From the NCBI GenBank assembly GCA_000934665.2, contig JYFJ02002927.1, forward strand, positions 1 through 48,696: a stretch of DNA of 48,696 nucleotides, given 5' to 3'. The position numbers and the translations under genes were made by a program. Below, in pieces: positions 1 to 12,010 of the stretch (the first letter of the stretch is position 1; each line of letters begins with the position of its first letter). The DNA is from Catajapyx aquilonaris. Lineage: Eukaryota. The notes beneath the pieces are model-generated. The model was not told where the DNA came from. It ran no database searches and saw only the letters and a list, made by a program, of their open reading frames with translations.

Positions 1-159
1 GGGGACCACCAACCCACTCGGTTCAAGATAGTGTGACCCTCATGCTTGGAAATGAGAATCACAAGAACTAGCCACCTCGGATGCAAGCTGAGGATCTTGT
101 CACACTTCTGTTCAAAGAGCCCCAGATCCTGCTGTACCTTAAAAAGGTTTTTCTTGTTT

Positions 160-420
160 ACAGTTATAGATCCGACTTCAAAATGTTCTCATATTCGTGG
201 GAGTTCTTACAATCATGAATTGGACAATAGTAAACATATTGATGTGATGTATACTGTTTTACTGTAAGGCATAATCGCAAATACCAGCACATGCGTGGCA
301 AAATTATCGTCCGTGTGTAATCTTGCCCCATCTTTCTTTCACAGCATCCAATTGAGTGCCAGTATGAATTGACATCATTATTTTCATAACTAAATATGTC
401 TTCCATTGTTGTCTATTAGA
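160..420 (-). mobile_element. Ancient CR1/L2-like LINE ORF2 fragment (endonuclease-RT linker)
   Basis: Minus-strand EDIFSYENNDVNSYW resembles the WxxIFxxxxDVNxxW linker motif of CR1/L2-clade ORF2; heavily degraded. Confidence 0.3.
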
Positions 421-1106
421 ACAAAAGTACAAGCTTAACCGTACCTCGTCGTGTCGCTGCCTTAACTTTCCTTTCGATCGATGTTTGTCAACTGGACTTA
501 GGACTATTATTTTGTTGGGAGGGGAAGATGTTCTCGCAGTCGGTTTTCATAATTAATCCGAAAATTATCACTGCCATAATATCAAAGAGGCCTGAAAATT
601 TTGGTCAATTTACGGTCCACTAGTCACTAGTGGGCTGCTGTCCTCCCTTTGAGCACTGTCACTGCGTACCGGTTTAGCATGACATCCAAAAGGTACAGGT
701 ATACAAAGTTTTTAAAAGGGCGTAAGTGAATATTGCATGTTTTCGGCGTATATGTTGGGCTGTGGTGGTCGTTCTGGTGTCGTTTACTAGGTTTTCAGGG
801 TCGAGGAACTCCATTATGACAATTACGAAACCTTCAGAACGCAGATGTCAACTTTCGAAAGCAGAAAACTTGTGTACCGGTATTCGTTGCAAAAATGGCG
901 ATTTGGCTATTAAAGACCGTCGGTTATATCAGACTGATTTTCTCGTTCCCTTGAAGTCTATTATATCCGGATCCAACTGTAATACTGTAGGTTTAAAATA
1001 GCCCTCACAAATCGCAGTATCACTGGATATGCTCACAATTTTTCGATTCGCCGTCGTAAAAGAATGTATCATTTTAATTTGGGCCGTCTGACTCCGTACA
1101 GTATAG

Positions 1107-1436
1107 TGTGACCTTGCGGTCAACAAGGATACAACGTAGGTGACTCGTACAGTGGTTTATTCAGTAACGTATAAACAGGTTACAGAAAGAGTAGGGTTAC
1201 AAGGTGGGAGTGCAGGTGTCGGGGTGGAACCCCCTACGTGTCCGGCAGGACACGTAGGAATGGACCTTGAGGGTAAGGAGAGGCAGGCTTTTATGCAGTC
1301 AAAACCCCGTGGGTTGATGGGAGTATAACAGGGCTGATGCAACACATGACTGATGGCTGATGCAACACAGGTACACATGTCAAATTGGGCAAGAGGGCAC
1401 TGCCAGGTTCATGGTCCCGGATCCAGCACTGTCACA
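1107..1436 (-). mobile_element. Solo LTR (330 bp), probably Ty3/Gypsy type
   Basis: Starts TGTGAC (1107) and ends GTCACA (1436), a 6-bp terminal inverted repeat with TG...CA ends. Flanked by a perfect 4-bp direct repeat ATAG (1103-1106, 1437-1440). Minus-strand AATAAA near 1156-1161. Confidence 0.8.
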
Positions 1437-1559
1437 ATAGTAAACAGTGTCGTCTCATTTGTTTAAATATTTTTTGCTCTCAAATTAATGTAATTATTTA
1501 TCGCTTTGTCCTCCCAATACATAATAACAAATTGAAAAGAAAATAGCTATATGAACTAA

Positions 1560-2900
1560 TCACACCATAAAAGTCTTGTGTGCATTTTTATACAAAAAAA
1601 TATTCAACCATAGTTTTCCGGTCAGCCTCTTTTCGGCTGCAATTCGGCTGCCGGTGCATTCCAACTCTGGCAATGGCATGGAACGTACTACGTCTTGTGT
1701 AGTCTTGAATTTCTTCAGTATTTTGACTTCTTTCCATGGCTCGATGTCGTTGAGTGTTTCCCTCATCTTCAGTACTCCCAGATTGTCTGCACTAATTTGT
1801 ACCCATGGAGCCATTGAGATGTTCATCTTTGACGTGTTGATGACTGAATCATATGCTTTATGGGCATCGAAAAAATCCTCTTCCTTCATCGGGACAACTT
1901 GGAAGGGTTTCTTCTTATTACCATCTCATGCAGATCTTCAGGAACAATACATGGGGCCACTCGATGCCTCATCTCAATATTAGGCCGAAGTCACGATTAC
2001 GGGACATAAAGGAATGACCTGCTCAAAAACTTATGATCAACCTGCTGGGAGATCCTTTCTGCCTTTCTGGACAAGATATGCAACAATGCAAAAATTATCA
2101 TACGATTCTTATTCTTGCCGGCGAAATATTATTATATCGCTTCATATTATTAGTTTCTTCTTTAGGGTGAAAAGTAGATCTTCAAGGACCTTTGGAGATG
2201 AAATGCCTTACCAATATATTAGACCTACATAAAAATGATGAAATGTTTCTTTGCACCATGCTATACCTTCAACACGCAGGAGGCCATTTCGTTCCCACCT
2301 CGACCTGTGATGCCCTCATGCCACACACATATAGTCATGTATATACTACTCCCCTGCATCGGCTATGTGTATGCAGAAGTTGCAATTGGACAGTTGACGG
2401 AGCTATAACATCTTGGAGTGGGTGAGCGTTGGGATGAACAGGACTTGTTGCAAATCCATGGATGCCTTGCCATTGTGCAAGTGTCACTGGTAGGCATTTG
2501 CAATGCTGCATGGTCCTCTTGCATTTTTCGTAACCCTGCCTCGGCCTTGCGATGATGGAGAGTTAGTTCTCTCTTCAGCTGATTTTGTCGCCATCATTGC
2601 TTCTGATCTAAGCATCTAGGCTCTAGAGTTCCAGACGATCGCATGTGGAGCATATGTCTGGGCTTCTCAAAGGACACGTTTGGAAACTTTTTGTGGAATA
2701 CCACCGCAGAAGTATGTAATCCGTTTATCTGGCTTAGCTTCTTTAATGAGACATACAGCTGGTTAGTAATATTTAAGTCAGGACTGAGACACTCTTTCAT
2801 TGTCTTTCTTCTTCTGCTTGACGTGAGAAAATGTTGATGTTATCCACAACAGACTTCTCAGCAGCTGTGCACTTTCGAATGCCTTTCTCTGGCGCCGGAT
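1560..2900 (-). pseudogene. Degraded Sola1-type DDD transposase (DUF7869-like), frameshifted with in-frame stops
   Basis: Ordered minus-strand motifs across frameshifts: KECLSPDLNI; FHKKFPNVSFEKPR..DICSTCD; SMDLQQVLFIPTLTHS..LRQLSNCNFCIH (first D, ~2455); CVWHEGITGRGGNEMASCVLK (~2275-2325); KKLII*SD..AGKNKNRMII (second D, ~2105-2160); QVDHKFL/GHSFMSRNRDFGLI (third D, ~1975-2040); KKPFQVVPMKEEDFFD; C-terminal ORF 1560-1889. Confidence 0.85.
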
Positions 2901-4904
2901 TTCCTGACTTAGGTTTAGGTTCTTCTTCACGCACTAATTACGGTCACCCTGCTTCCCAGGTGACCCAAGATGCGGTGGGGGAGGGGGGGCTCCTGATTCC
3001 TATTATTATCAACCAGTGTCTAAAAACATACTACCAGTTCACTAACTTAAAATATAATAACCACCGTAATGAATCCTAAATAGCGAAACTCTACCAGTGC
3101 CATGTCATCTTGGAATATCTCAGTAAGGAAAAGGGAGTTTCAGTTTTGAAATACCCTGCACATTCAAGTAGACTTTCTTCAGGAGTTTTCTACAAAACTA
3201 TCCTCGTAAATAAAAGGAAAAGCGATCTGCGTATCAAGTATTTATAAGAGTGGTAGAGAGGTTACTGATTATGTAGCAGGGTAGCCTAGCTACAGTTAAG
3301 GTTGTCGCAGATCCGATCCTAGACCTATATTCCTCTCACTCGTCTTACGTAACTTGACAGCTCCCTGAAGAGTTTGGCGGAAACTAACAGCATCCTGTAT
3401 GATATAAGATTCGTCATTTTGAAATGGAAACCTTTTTTCCCCCTCCCTTCTTCCCCTTGATCTCCACTTGAACACCGGCCATTATATATGCTAGTCACTT
3501 TTCATTCTCAACACTAGATTTCACTCGAAGGCCACCACAGATTTCGGGAGCTTGACTTAATCCTCCCACGATCGAATGCCAATATCACTGGTTCGGTACA
3601 TTTTATCACTGGCAGATTTTCTTTTCAGTTTGATCCAACTCCACACCATCACCTCCTTTGTATGATACGAATAGCTAGGCGAATTCACAGTCTACTAATA
3701 GGGAGAGCAATACCGCATGTAAAACTATATGCTCATGCTCATACCACGCTCGCAACCACGGTCATGGAATTTTTGTTATCTAGCTGGACTTAGATGAGCC
3801 AGAGAATGGTTGCAAACAGACCAGGCCTTGCCTGAATTCCAACGCACCATGAGAATCAAAGAGACAAAGCTGCAATTAGCGATTCTGCTAACCTTTCGTG
3901 GCGACTGATTCGGTCTTCCAAATCCCTCGCCGCCACAAAATAAATTACCAAGTCACAGACTGTACTTTGCATAGTGTTAATGCAATAGATACCTTGAAGG
4001 CCGCTCCAGCAATGCTAATGACGGTCGAGTAAATTAATAACGTGATGTGGATGCAAAAGAGTGCAGTAACTATGCCAACCAAGCAGAAATGCTTGACTCT
4101 TGATTCCTGGAAACAAAGCAGATTTTTCCCCCTCCTTTCTGGAAGCCTCCACCGTCTTTCAAGCCTGGGGAATTTTGCTCCAAAAGCTTCCCTGCCTGCT
4201 TGGCCTGGCTGCTGCTCTGCTAAACAGTATGCTTCCTCGGCCATCATACAGCCAGGGAATTAACCTCAGCTCGATGTGCTTCAAAGCTACCAGTAATTGG
4301 AATTCTCCAGCATTAGCCAGTTTCTCATTGTGTTTACAGCCAACTTGGTCGTCATCTCCTGCTCCAAACAGCCTCTTCACAACAATGAAAACTTTTACAG
4401 CGTTTGATTGCTCACAGTCGTTAGATTAAATATTGCAACACTGAGTTCTGTTACAGCAGGACACCAGGTTTGTAATACACTAGTTGGGAGAGAGGCAAGT
4501 GGCAATCATTTGCTTCCAAGTTTCTTACTCCAAGATTGCTAGCCCTATTAGTATCGATCACGGAAATGGAACGGCTCGTGGCGCACTCTATTTCGTATAA
4601 TTTTGCAACATCAGCGAAACTTACTTGACAGATAATCCAGAAAGTAACATTATGAAAGTTTGCGAGTGATCTAAAAAGCTGCTATCTTCAACCGGAACTA
4701 TTTGGAGCTTACATATCTTCTCAGCAAGTGCTTGCTTATACGTCTTGCCTGCTCTGATTCTATAGGTGTACAGTACCCTGCATTAATGGCTATGCACAGA
4801 CATCGCCACCTGGCGGAAAGAAGCGGCCGGCGCGGCGGCTGCGTCCAAAATATAAGACAGTTCAAGATAACGGGGTGGATTCAAACGATTGCGACAAAGA
4901 TATA

Positions 4905-5328
4905 CAGGGTGTATCTGAACTCAGTGCCCCGACGTATATGACTGCCTTCCTAGCCACCAGAGGATCGATTTAAGTATAGGAATCATTATGTTTGGCCTCC
5001 GCATTACGGAGATACACTCTTTAGCGATTTTTGCCTAATCGCTCCTTCTGACTTTTAAATAGAATTTTCTGGTGTAACTAGCCAAAGAGGCCTTACCACC
5101 TGTGGGCAACAAACCAACAAAGTCCCGCCCCCAGACCTTCCAGAGCCTTCTGACTGAGGGAGGGTTCGATGGGTGGCCTAACCGACAGGATATTTTGTAC
5201 TACATGTTTGCGCCCAATTATCTCCGTAATGCGGCAGCCAAACATAATGATTCCTATACTTAAATCGATCCTCTGGTGGCTAGGAAGGCAGTCATATACG
5301 CCGGGGCACTGAGTTCAGATACACCCTG
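4905..5328. mobile_element. Tc1/mariner-type MITE (424 bp)
   Basis: Near-perfect TIRs of ~110 bp starting CAGGGTGTATCTGAACTCAGTGCCCC; TA on both flanks (4903-4904, 5329-5330). Confidence 0.9.
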
Positions 5329-5939
5329 TATATCTGTGGGATGGATTATGAGGCCTTGGTGCTATGACGGTATCATTTTCTTTGGACACATCCTTTTTAA
5401 AGCCTGTAAAAGGGGTTTTGGTTCTATGGTTCTATCATTGACGATCAATGTCATTTGCTCCAAGTCGAATGAGCCACTCCCAATAGAAAATTCGTGGCAA
5501 TTTAGGGCTGGGATAGATGACTCAATTAGGCTTCATTCATTAGATAATAATTTTGATAACCGCTAAAAGTGACTGTCTGCAAAGGTAAACTTCGTAATAA
5601 GAAACGTAAATTATTAGTACGAAAAAATGTCAACAGCAAGCGGACAAGTATTTTGGATCACCCTGTAGTATTTTTGGATGTAGCTATGTAGGCTATGTAT
5701 GTTTGTCTGGCTGTCTGTCTGATATCATTCAAATCAATATGGAGCTTTTATACAGGGTTCGGAAATTTAATCTACCTTCGCTTTGGGGGATGGTAGAAGG
5801 GTTCCACATGATCATTTTAAGAATAGGTAAACTGATTGCACCATGTTTCAAAAAATGTTTTCTTCGGATATTAAAGATGCTCATTTTTACGGACAGTATA
5901 CCCATGACTCGTTTCCTATTTATTTCAAGCATTTAAATA

Positions 5940-6164
5940 GGCTGGCCCAATCTCACCCATCCAACGGGGTGAAATTGTGGCACGGAAGAAAATTTATATC
6001 TCCCCTCCCTTAGTATATAAAAATAATTTTCACGTATGATCTGAAAGGTGAGATGGGCAGCAACGTTGCATAAACTATTCGTTCCGATACATCAATATTA
6101 GGCTACTCTGGTTTGCTTGCAAGGAAAACCTCCAAAAGTGGCACAATCTCCCCCCGTTTGACCT
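5940..6164. mobile_element. Truncated pogo-like MITE end
   Basis: Repeated subterminal motifs (cggggtgaaattgtggcac, ggtgagatgggcag) and a TIR-like end gtggcacaatctcccccgtttgacct; partner TIR not found. Confidence 0.3.
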
Positions 6165-6758
6165 TGCGTTTGACGGTACGTGTCCATTTTTTTCTACTGA
6201 GCTAAAATTGAGACATTGTAAGTTTATAAGAGAATGAGCTTGATAGTACCCTTCCTTCTCCCCCGACCATTAATAATAGAGACAAGGCCATGACTTCCTG
6301 TTAGTTTTAGGTTTCAATAATATGGTCCGCATTTGGTTATCCACAATAGATATAACGCCCGGGCGCAATTGTTGCCTGTGTGGGCCACTCTTCCCTGCTG
6401 TGCCTGGAAAATTAGCGGGTTGAAACAGAAATTTCCGCAAAGTGATTCGCTAGTTACTGGTGACAAGCATTGGTGTGGTGGAGAGGAGGAATCAAAGTGC
6501 AGGGGCACACACATGATTGTGGAGGATCCGTAGAGGGAAGTAGGAAAAGGGCATCCTGGATGATGGACTTTGTTCACTGTAAACGAGGGTTAAATAGGCC
6601 CGTTGGAATTTGCTGACTCAAGTACTTGGGGAGTCTTATTTCAACCTTGTGCGGTCGACGAGGAATAGTGTTTTGCTTACTTTTAGATTTGAGAAAATTA
6701 TTATCTGTCCTGTAAAAGTGCGCAACTCAGCTCTCACCCTGACACCAGGTAAACAAAT

Positions 6759-8016
6759 GAAGACCACAATTCAATAAGGGCCCAATATATTGTGAAAATA
6801 GAAAATGTTCAGGAAGCAAAATATATATATATTTCTGTTTCGTCTAGTGGTAGGCGATTGGTGCTCTGAACGTAATGACAGATACATCATACATGCAACG
6901 TGAATACCTGACAGCACTTCCATTGAAATCTCCATGTAATTTATATTTTATTTGAATACTTTTAAAGGGACACTCCACTCAAAATACAAGTTGGGTTCTA
7001 AAAATCGGGCAAAAAATCCTGATTCCGAGGGTATAAGCAGTTTTTCTTAGAGACGAACGGTAAGGCCAGTGTGAAAGCTGGAAGTGTGTCGTTCGAAAAC
7101 CGCGCGCGGGGCGGTGGGCGCAGGTGCGACGCCACCAGAGTGGAACCGGGCGGAACTAGAGAATGCATCCTGGCTAGGCAGTTGTTTGTTGAGCACATTC
7201 TCTACTTCTCCGGTTTGCCGCGGGGTGCTGTTGTATCGCCCTTCTTAGCAGACGACGCGACGTGTGTAGATATATGATTTTCCGTGTTACCGTTGGGCGT
7301 AGGAAAAAACCGATTGCACATTCGGAATCAGGATTTTTTTTCCCGATTTTTGGGGGCCAACTTGTATTTTGAGTGGAGTGTCCCTTTAATGCTCACAATT
7401 GGGCCCTTCTTGCATTCGGTATCGTTAATTTGGCCTAAATATTGAGAAATTAACCTTCGCAGGATAAAATAAAGTATATGATATGTAGGAGACAGCCTCT
7501 TCGCGTCAGAGTAATTACGCATGATATTTAATTAAATCAATGGTTTATTTTGCCTCCCATGCCACATGTAATATAGTACACTATAAAGTATCCGCCATTT
7601 TTGACCCTTCCCGAGGGCGTAGGTCAAATGTTTTTGGTAACATATAGATCCACAAGTCTGGTTTATTTTACACTAGGTGGAATGTTCTAACGGTAAAGAA
7701 AAGCATCTCCTAGAGAAGTAGCAATGGGACAATAATCACGTCGCGCTTAAAAATCACGAATATTTTAAAATCGCGGGTCACATGTAACGTATTAAAATCG
7801 CGCTTTTTAAAAGTAGTGACAATCACGTTTGTCACTGCTATCGAGAAATCGTTCTTTGGCCCATCGTTAGTTAGAAGCCTTGTCCAGGCATTTCTAGTGG
7901 CATTTCGGCTCTTTTTGCATTTTATAGGGATGAACATCCATCAAAGGAATGAAAGCATGCCATAAAAGCATTTCCGTAAAAATTGACAGATGGGCCCTTA
8001 TTGCATTGTGGTCTTC
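6759..8016. mobile_element. Non-autonomous Sola1-type DNA transposon carrying a nested Kolobok insertion
   Basis: 26-bp TIR GAAGACCACAAT(T/G)CAATAAGGGCCCA at both ends (1 mismatch). 4-bp TSD AAAT (6755-6758, 8017-8020) fits the AWWT target described for Sola1. Confidence 0.75.
6966..7385. mobile_element. Non-autonomous Kolobok-type element (420 bp)
   Basis: TIRs of ~60 bp starting AGGGACACTCCACTCAAAATACAAGTTGG; TTAA TSD (6962-6965, 7386-7389). Purine-purine start plus TTAA target is the Kolobok signature. Confidence 0.85.
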
Positions 8017-8124
8017 AAATATCAATCACATTCCTCCATCCCAGCTCCCATCTGCCCTTCTTAATCTAGTAATCTTAAATATAGTAAAGGGGCAATTATC
8101 ATTCTATTTATATACTGAATATTG

Positions 8125-8127
8125 AAA

Positions 8128-8178
<51 letters not shown>

Positions 8179-8180
8179 AT
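8125..8180. repeat. (AAAT)n microsatellite, possibly the 3' tail of the adjacent minus-strand LINE
   Basis: 14 perfect AAAT units. Confidence 0.95.
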
Positions 8181-9610
8181 GATACAGAAGGTATCCGATC
8201 AGAGCCAGAATCGGTCCAATACCAGGGTGAATGATGATCATGGGCGAGTCCAGGGGGTTAGTGAGGCTCATAGGCCTAGTGGGTCATTCATTACCTTTCG
8301 CAAGCGGAATACGCCCTACATCTCCCCCATCCTCCAACACTCCCACTCCCACTCCCACCCCCACCCCCACCACCTTTGCCTCCTCCTCCTCCTCTTTGCT
8401 GGCGTGGTCGTTTGGCCAGCACACGCCTTCCACCCTTGATTACATTAGAGGGGGGCCAAGCTAATTCCGTTACAGGCAGGAGAGGAAAAGCTCTCCAACC
8501 GCATCCACAAGGACCTTGCCAAACACCACTTCCCATCCAATTCCTACCCACCCAGTCACCGCTCCAATACTCCCCCAACTCAGCCCATCCTCTCATTTCA
8601 CTCATGGAATTATGCTCGCCTCCACCCTCCCCCTGCATTTTTCTTCTTCCTAATTCCGACACACCTCATTATTTTTTTACTCTTATAGGACACTCTATTT
8701 CATCCCATACCTACCTATACGAATTCGTCAATCACCCATCATTATTAACTAACACCTGTACAGCAATTTCCTCAGGAACTCTACAAAAAGCAATTACTGG
8801 TTAATTCACTCCATATACATAAAGTAGAGGAAACAATATTGTCTTGGGCATGATTCTGGTGATAACCATAAATGTTTCCTGAATGATTGCGTTAATGAGG
8901 CTGTTGTGTGACGTAAATAGTGAGCAAGGGGACCATTTTCGACAATTGAATATTGTAAAAGTGGTTGGTATTGAGCTGCGGTTTCAGCTGGCTGATGCCC
9001 GCAACAGCAAATTAGTCTCCAGTACCGAATGCGTAGTGCACCTGTAACTATGCGGTTCTATAAATTATTGCAACGGTGCTGTCCATTGTCCAAAGTCGTT
9101 ATGTTAGTGTCACCACTGCAAAAACCTACGCTATTTTACTGCACTCTCTGTTACAGTAAACCGTATGTGTCAGAATTTAGCTTCCATTCCTATCAGTGTG
9201 TGGTTGTATCCTCTAGGTACGAACCGGTAGAATTGCTTAGAAAGTACCTGATATTTGTGCGGATCGCTGACCAATAAAAGACCAGTGCTTACTGGCAAGT
9301 TGATGGTTGGCGACCAAATCCGTCTGAGAAGATAAATCAATGATCGTAGCTTATTCGCAGCGTAACCAGGGTGGTTGGGCAGTTCTCCAAATGGTCCATT
9401 GGCCTGAGGGGTGTGGGTGGTTTGGATGTGTGGGTGTAGGCGGTGTAGGTGAGGGAGGAAAGTGAAGGAAAGGCAGGGGCATAGGGTAGGGGGGTGCAAA
9501 AAGTCGGACCACGTTCAGGCTTCCGGATAGCTCTCGGCGGAGCTAATGAGCTGCAACGAGTGCTATTCGGCGTTTCTTTGAGGTGAGCCATGAGCAGCAG
9601 CCATGAGCCC
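8181..9610 (-). mobile_element. Ancient CR1/L2-like LINE 3' portion (RT C-terminus and 3' UTR)
   Basis: Ordered degraded motifs: W..LKETPNSTRC (like LNPxKC), NHPGYAANKLRSLIYLLRRI (like HINYxxxKAxxRLYxLRR), RIVTGA, SSTLCIWSEL (like FPSTIRLWNSL). Then a purine-rich (minus strand) UTR ending at an (ATTT)n tail. Confidence 0.5.
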
Positions 9611-9843
9611 AAGAGGAAAAGAAAAAAAGGGGGGGGGGGGTTGGCGGGGGTGCAGAGTTGGGAGGAGGAGGGAATCGTCCAAGGTTTCCCCTTTGCTGCT
9701 GCTCACCCAATTCAATCTAGAAATTCACGACGGAAACCTAGGAATTGAGACCTGGCGACTTTTGATCTGGCTGATTAGGATCACAACCTGGACCGTTTTT
9801 CCTTCTTTTTAAAAACTTTTCTTCTTTCCTTTTCCCTACTCAC

Positions 9844-9960
9844 ATGAAAGTCTTGGACAACTCTTTCAAATCTTTATCAGCCGGTCCGAGCTCCAGATCT
9901 GTCAGATGTACCACTGCACCGGGAAAAACTCCCGTTTCAGTGATTTCAAAAGAATCGTCT
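9844..9960 (-). CDS. Candidate internal coding exon (117 nt, phase 2/2) of an unidentified host gene: DDSFEITETGVFPGAVVHLTDLELGPADKDLKELSKTF
   Basis: Acceptor atgtatttcAG, consensus donor GTGAGT, only one open frame, natural amino-acid composition. The Ser-rich plus-strand ORF 9844-10056 looks like its antisense shadow. Confidence 0.55.
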
Positions 9961-10092
9961 CTGAAATACATGAACATATTCATAATGAAATATCAAGAGC
10001 AAGCTATGCTTTGTCGACTACTCACTAAATATCTGCCAACGGGATTTTGCCGGTAAGCAAACCATCAGAAATGAAACTCCAATATAAGTATA

Positions 10093-10967
10093 AGGTGGTC
10101 GTACCGGTTATGGCCATGCTCCTGATATGACCACCCCGCTATTGAGGTAACTAACAAAGAAATCCGCTGTATGGCATCAGCAGCCAGTGAGAGGGCCTCC
10201 AAGTGTGTGTCACCCAGGTTGAGCCATATGACCTCAGTTGCCTGATTTGTGTTTTTCGTGTGACCTCTTCTTGTTTTTCTCATATACGTCTCCTTTGTTT
10301 TATGCATGTTTTTCAAATACATTTTTCATGAAAACCATCGTACTCTATTCAGTTTTTAATGCTCTTTCGATTGGTGTTGTCGTGGATGGCGTATGTTTTA
10401 CGAGTAACTCGTCGTTGTTCATAATCAAACGAGTTTTGAAAAAGCTAACCCTTGAGCTGACCTGCTGCTGATATGGCCACATCACGTGCACTAATAACAA
10501 TCTCAATTTTGTCTTGTGCTCTTCTCTTGAATAATTTCAAATGTTTTTTTTTGAAAGAAATTGCAATGTCAATTTTGCAAACAACTTAATTTTTAATGGC
10601 AATTTCTGTTTTGAATCCACTTTTGCATAACGAAAAGGGTGATTTCGTATCATGTTTATTGATTTCACACCAAAATTATTTAATTTCAGCAAAACTGCTT
10701 TATTAAACTGGAAAAAATCACGATTTGTAGAACGTGGAACAAGGGTGGCCATATCATGCACACATATTCCTGATGGCCACTGCGTCGACTTTTGGAATTC
10801 TTTTTTTTTTTGGACCAGTAAAACTATTTTCATGGGGAATGAAATTGATTATTATGACAGTCCATTAACCTGGGAATAATTACCAAAAAATGGCTTTATT
10901 TTTTTTTCAAAAAGGCGGCTAGAAAAATTCTCAAACCTTAGCATGGCCATAACCGGTCCGACCACCT
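10093..10967 (-). mobile_element. pogo/Fot1-like (Tc1/mariner superfamily) internal-deletion derivative
   Basis: ~29-bp TIR AGGTGGTCG(T/G)ACCGGTTATGGCCATGCT, TA flanks (10091-10092, 10968-10969), internal GATATG(G/A)CCAC repeats. Residual minus-strand TYMRKTRRG resembles the MPRxYxRKTxR start of pogo-like transposases. Confidence 0.8.
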
Positions 10968-11869
10968 TATTTGACATTTATTAGCAATGCCTCCATACAT
11001 CACTGCTATCTCTAAGCATTATTGAGACTTTTCCAGTTCAGTTCTTGGCTCGCCTTTATGCCCCAAAAATCTCTAAAGGCCAGGTTTCAGGTATAAATTG
11101 AACCGGGGTTTTCACTCTCCTCTACACAAGTCACCACTATATGTAAAATACAATATCGTGGGCATACAGGAGAAATCCACTAGTTCAATTGTGGCGGTTT
11201 TGAGTTATATACATTTTTAAAAAGTTACAATACACTGCATTATCACTACTTAATTGAGTAATCTGGGCGGAAAAAATGAAAGTGCAGTGTTTAATAAGGA
11301 ACAAGGGCATAGGTTGAGCGAGCCACGGAGCAGAAAAGTTGCAAAACTGCGGTCCCTATATACACACTGTACTGTACAGTATAGCGGTGTCTGGTGTAAT
11401 TAAAATGAGAGTATCGTCGCGAGGATGCTGTGGCCTGCGGGAAGCCTACCAATGTTTCTGTTGCATATACGCTGCTAGTAGCCTACTTAGTTAATTTTCA
11501 GCCTCGACGCTTTGACTCCCTTAAATCAACTCCTCTCTCCAGAGCAGAGGTTTGCTGTGTTTAGAGACTACCCCCTGCAGGTGGAATGTCAAGCCTCGTA
11601 AGTCTCAGCTAACTCGAGAGATTTTATTGGATCAAGAGGTATATTTTGACTGCCGCCAAATATAGGCCTGTGTTGGCAGACAGAGTCGGACCTTTTCCAA
11701 AATTCGCAGCTGAGGAGTCCATATATCAAAAAACATTTATTACGCGAGTAATGCAGTAATCCGAGCGATGTTTTATCCGCCTCTGTGCTCCGTAATATTG
11801 TATCGCTCTGTCCGATAGGATAAGCGTCATAAAGTAGAATCAACTTCCTATTCCAATGCGAAATGAACA

Positions 11870-12010
11870 CGTGCAAATTCAAGCCATATTTATGATCTGC
11901 TCTTCATCTTTTAGCCTGCTCATAATATTGTCACTTGCGCCCATAAATTTTTGCTGCAGTAATTACAGAGGGAATCCCCACGCTGTGCCATTTGCATAAT
12001 AATGATTAAC
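11870..12010. promoter_or_regulatory. Candidate enhancer-like motif cluster
   Basis: E-box CACGTG (~11868), Hox-type TTTATG and CCATAAA, TAATTA, kB-type GGGAATCCCC (11970-11979) and POU-SOX-like ATTTGCATAATAATG (11990-12004) in non-TE-looking sequence. Motif matches only. Confidence 0.3.

Noticed and set aside
1..138. Open minus-strand frame VQQDLGLFEQKCDK... as a downstream host exon
   Set aside because: Weak acceptor, wrong phase for the 9844 exon, and adjacent to a LINE-like relic.
3915..4860. Overlapping ORFs, a possible exon at 4712-4776 and a PBS-like TGGCGGCGAG on the minus strand
   Set aside because: No recognisable protein motif, LTR or TIR; cannot be supported.
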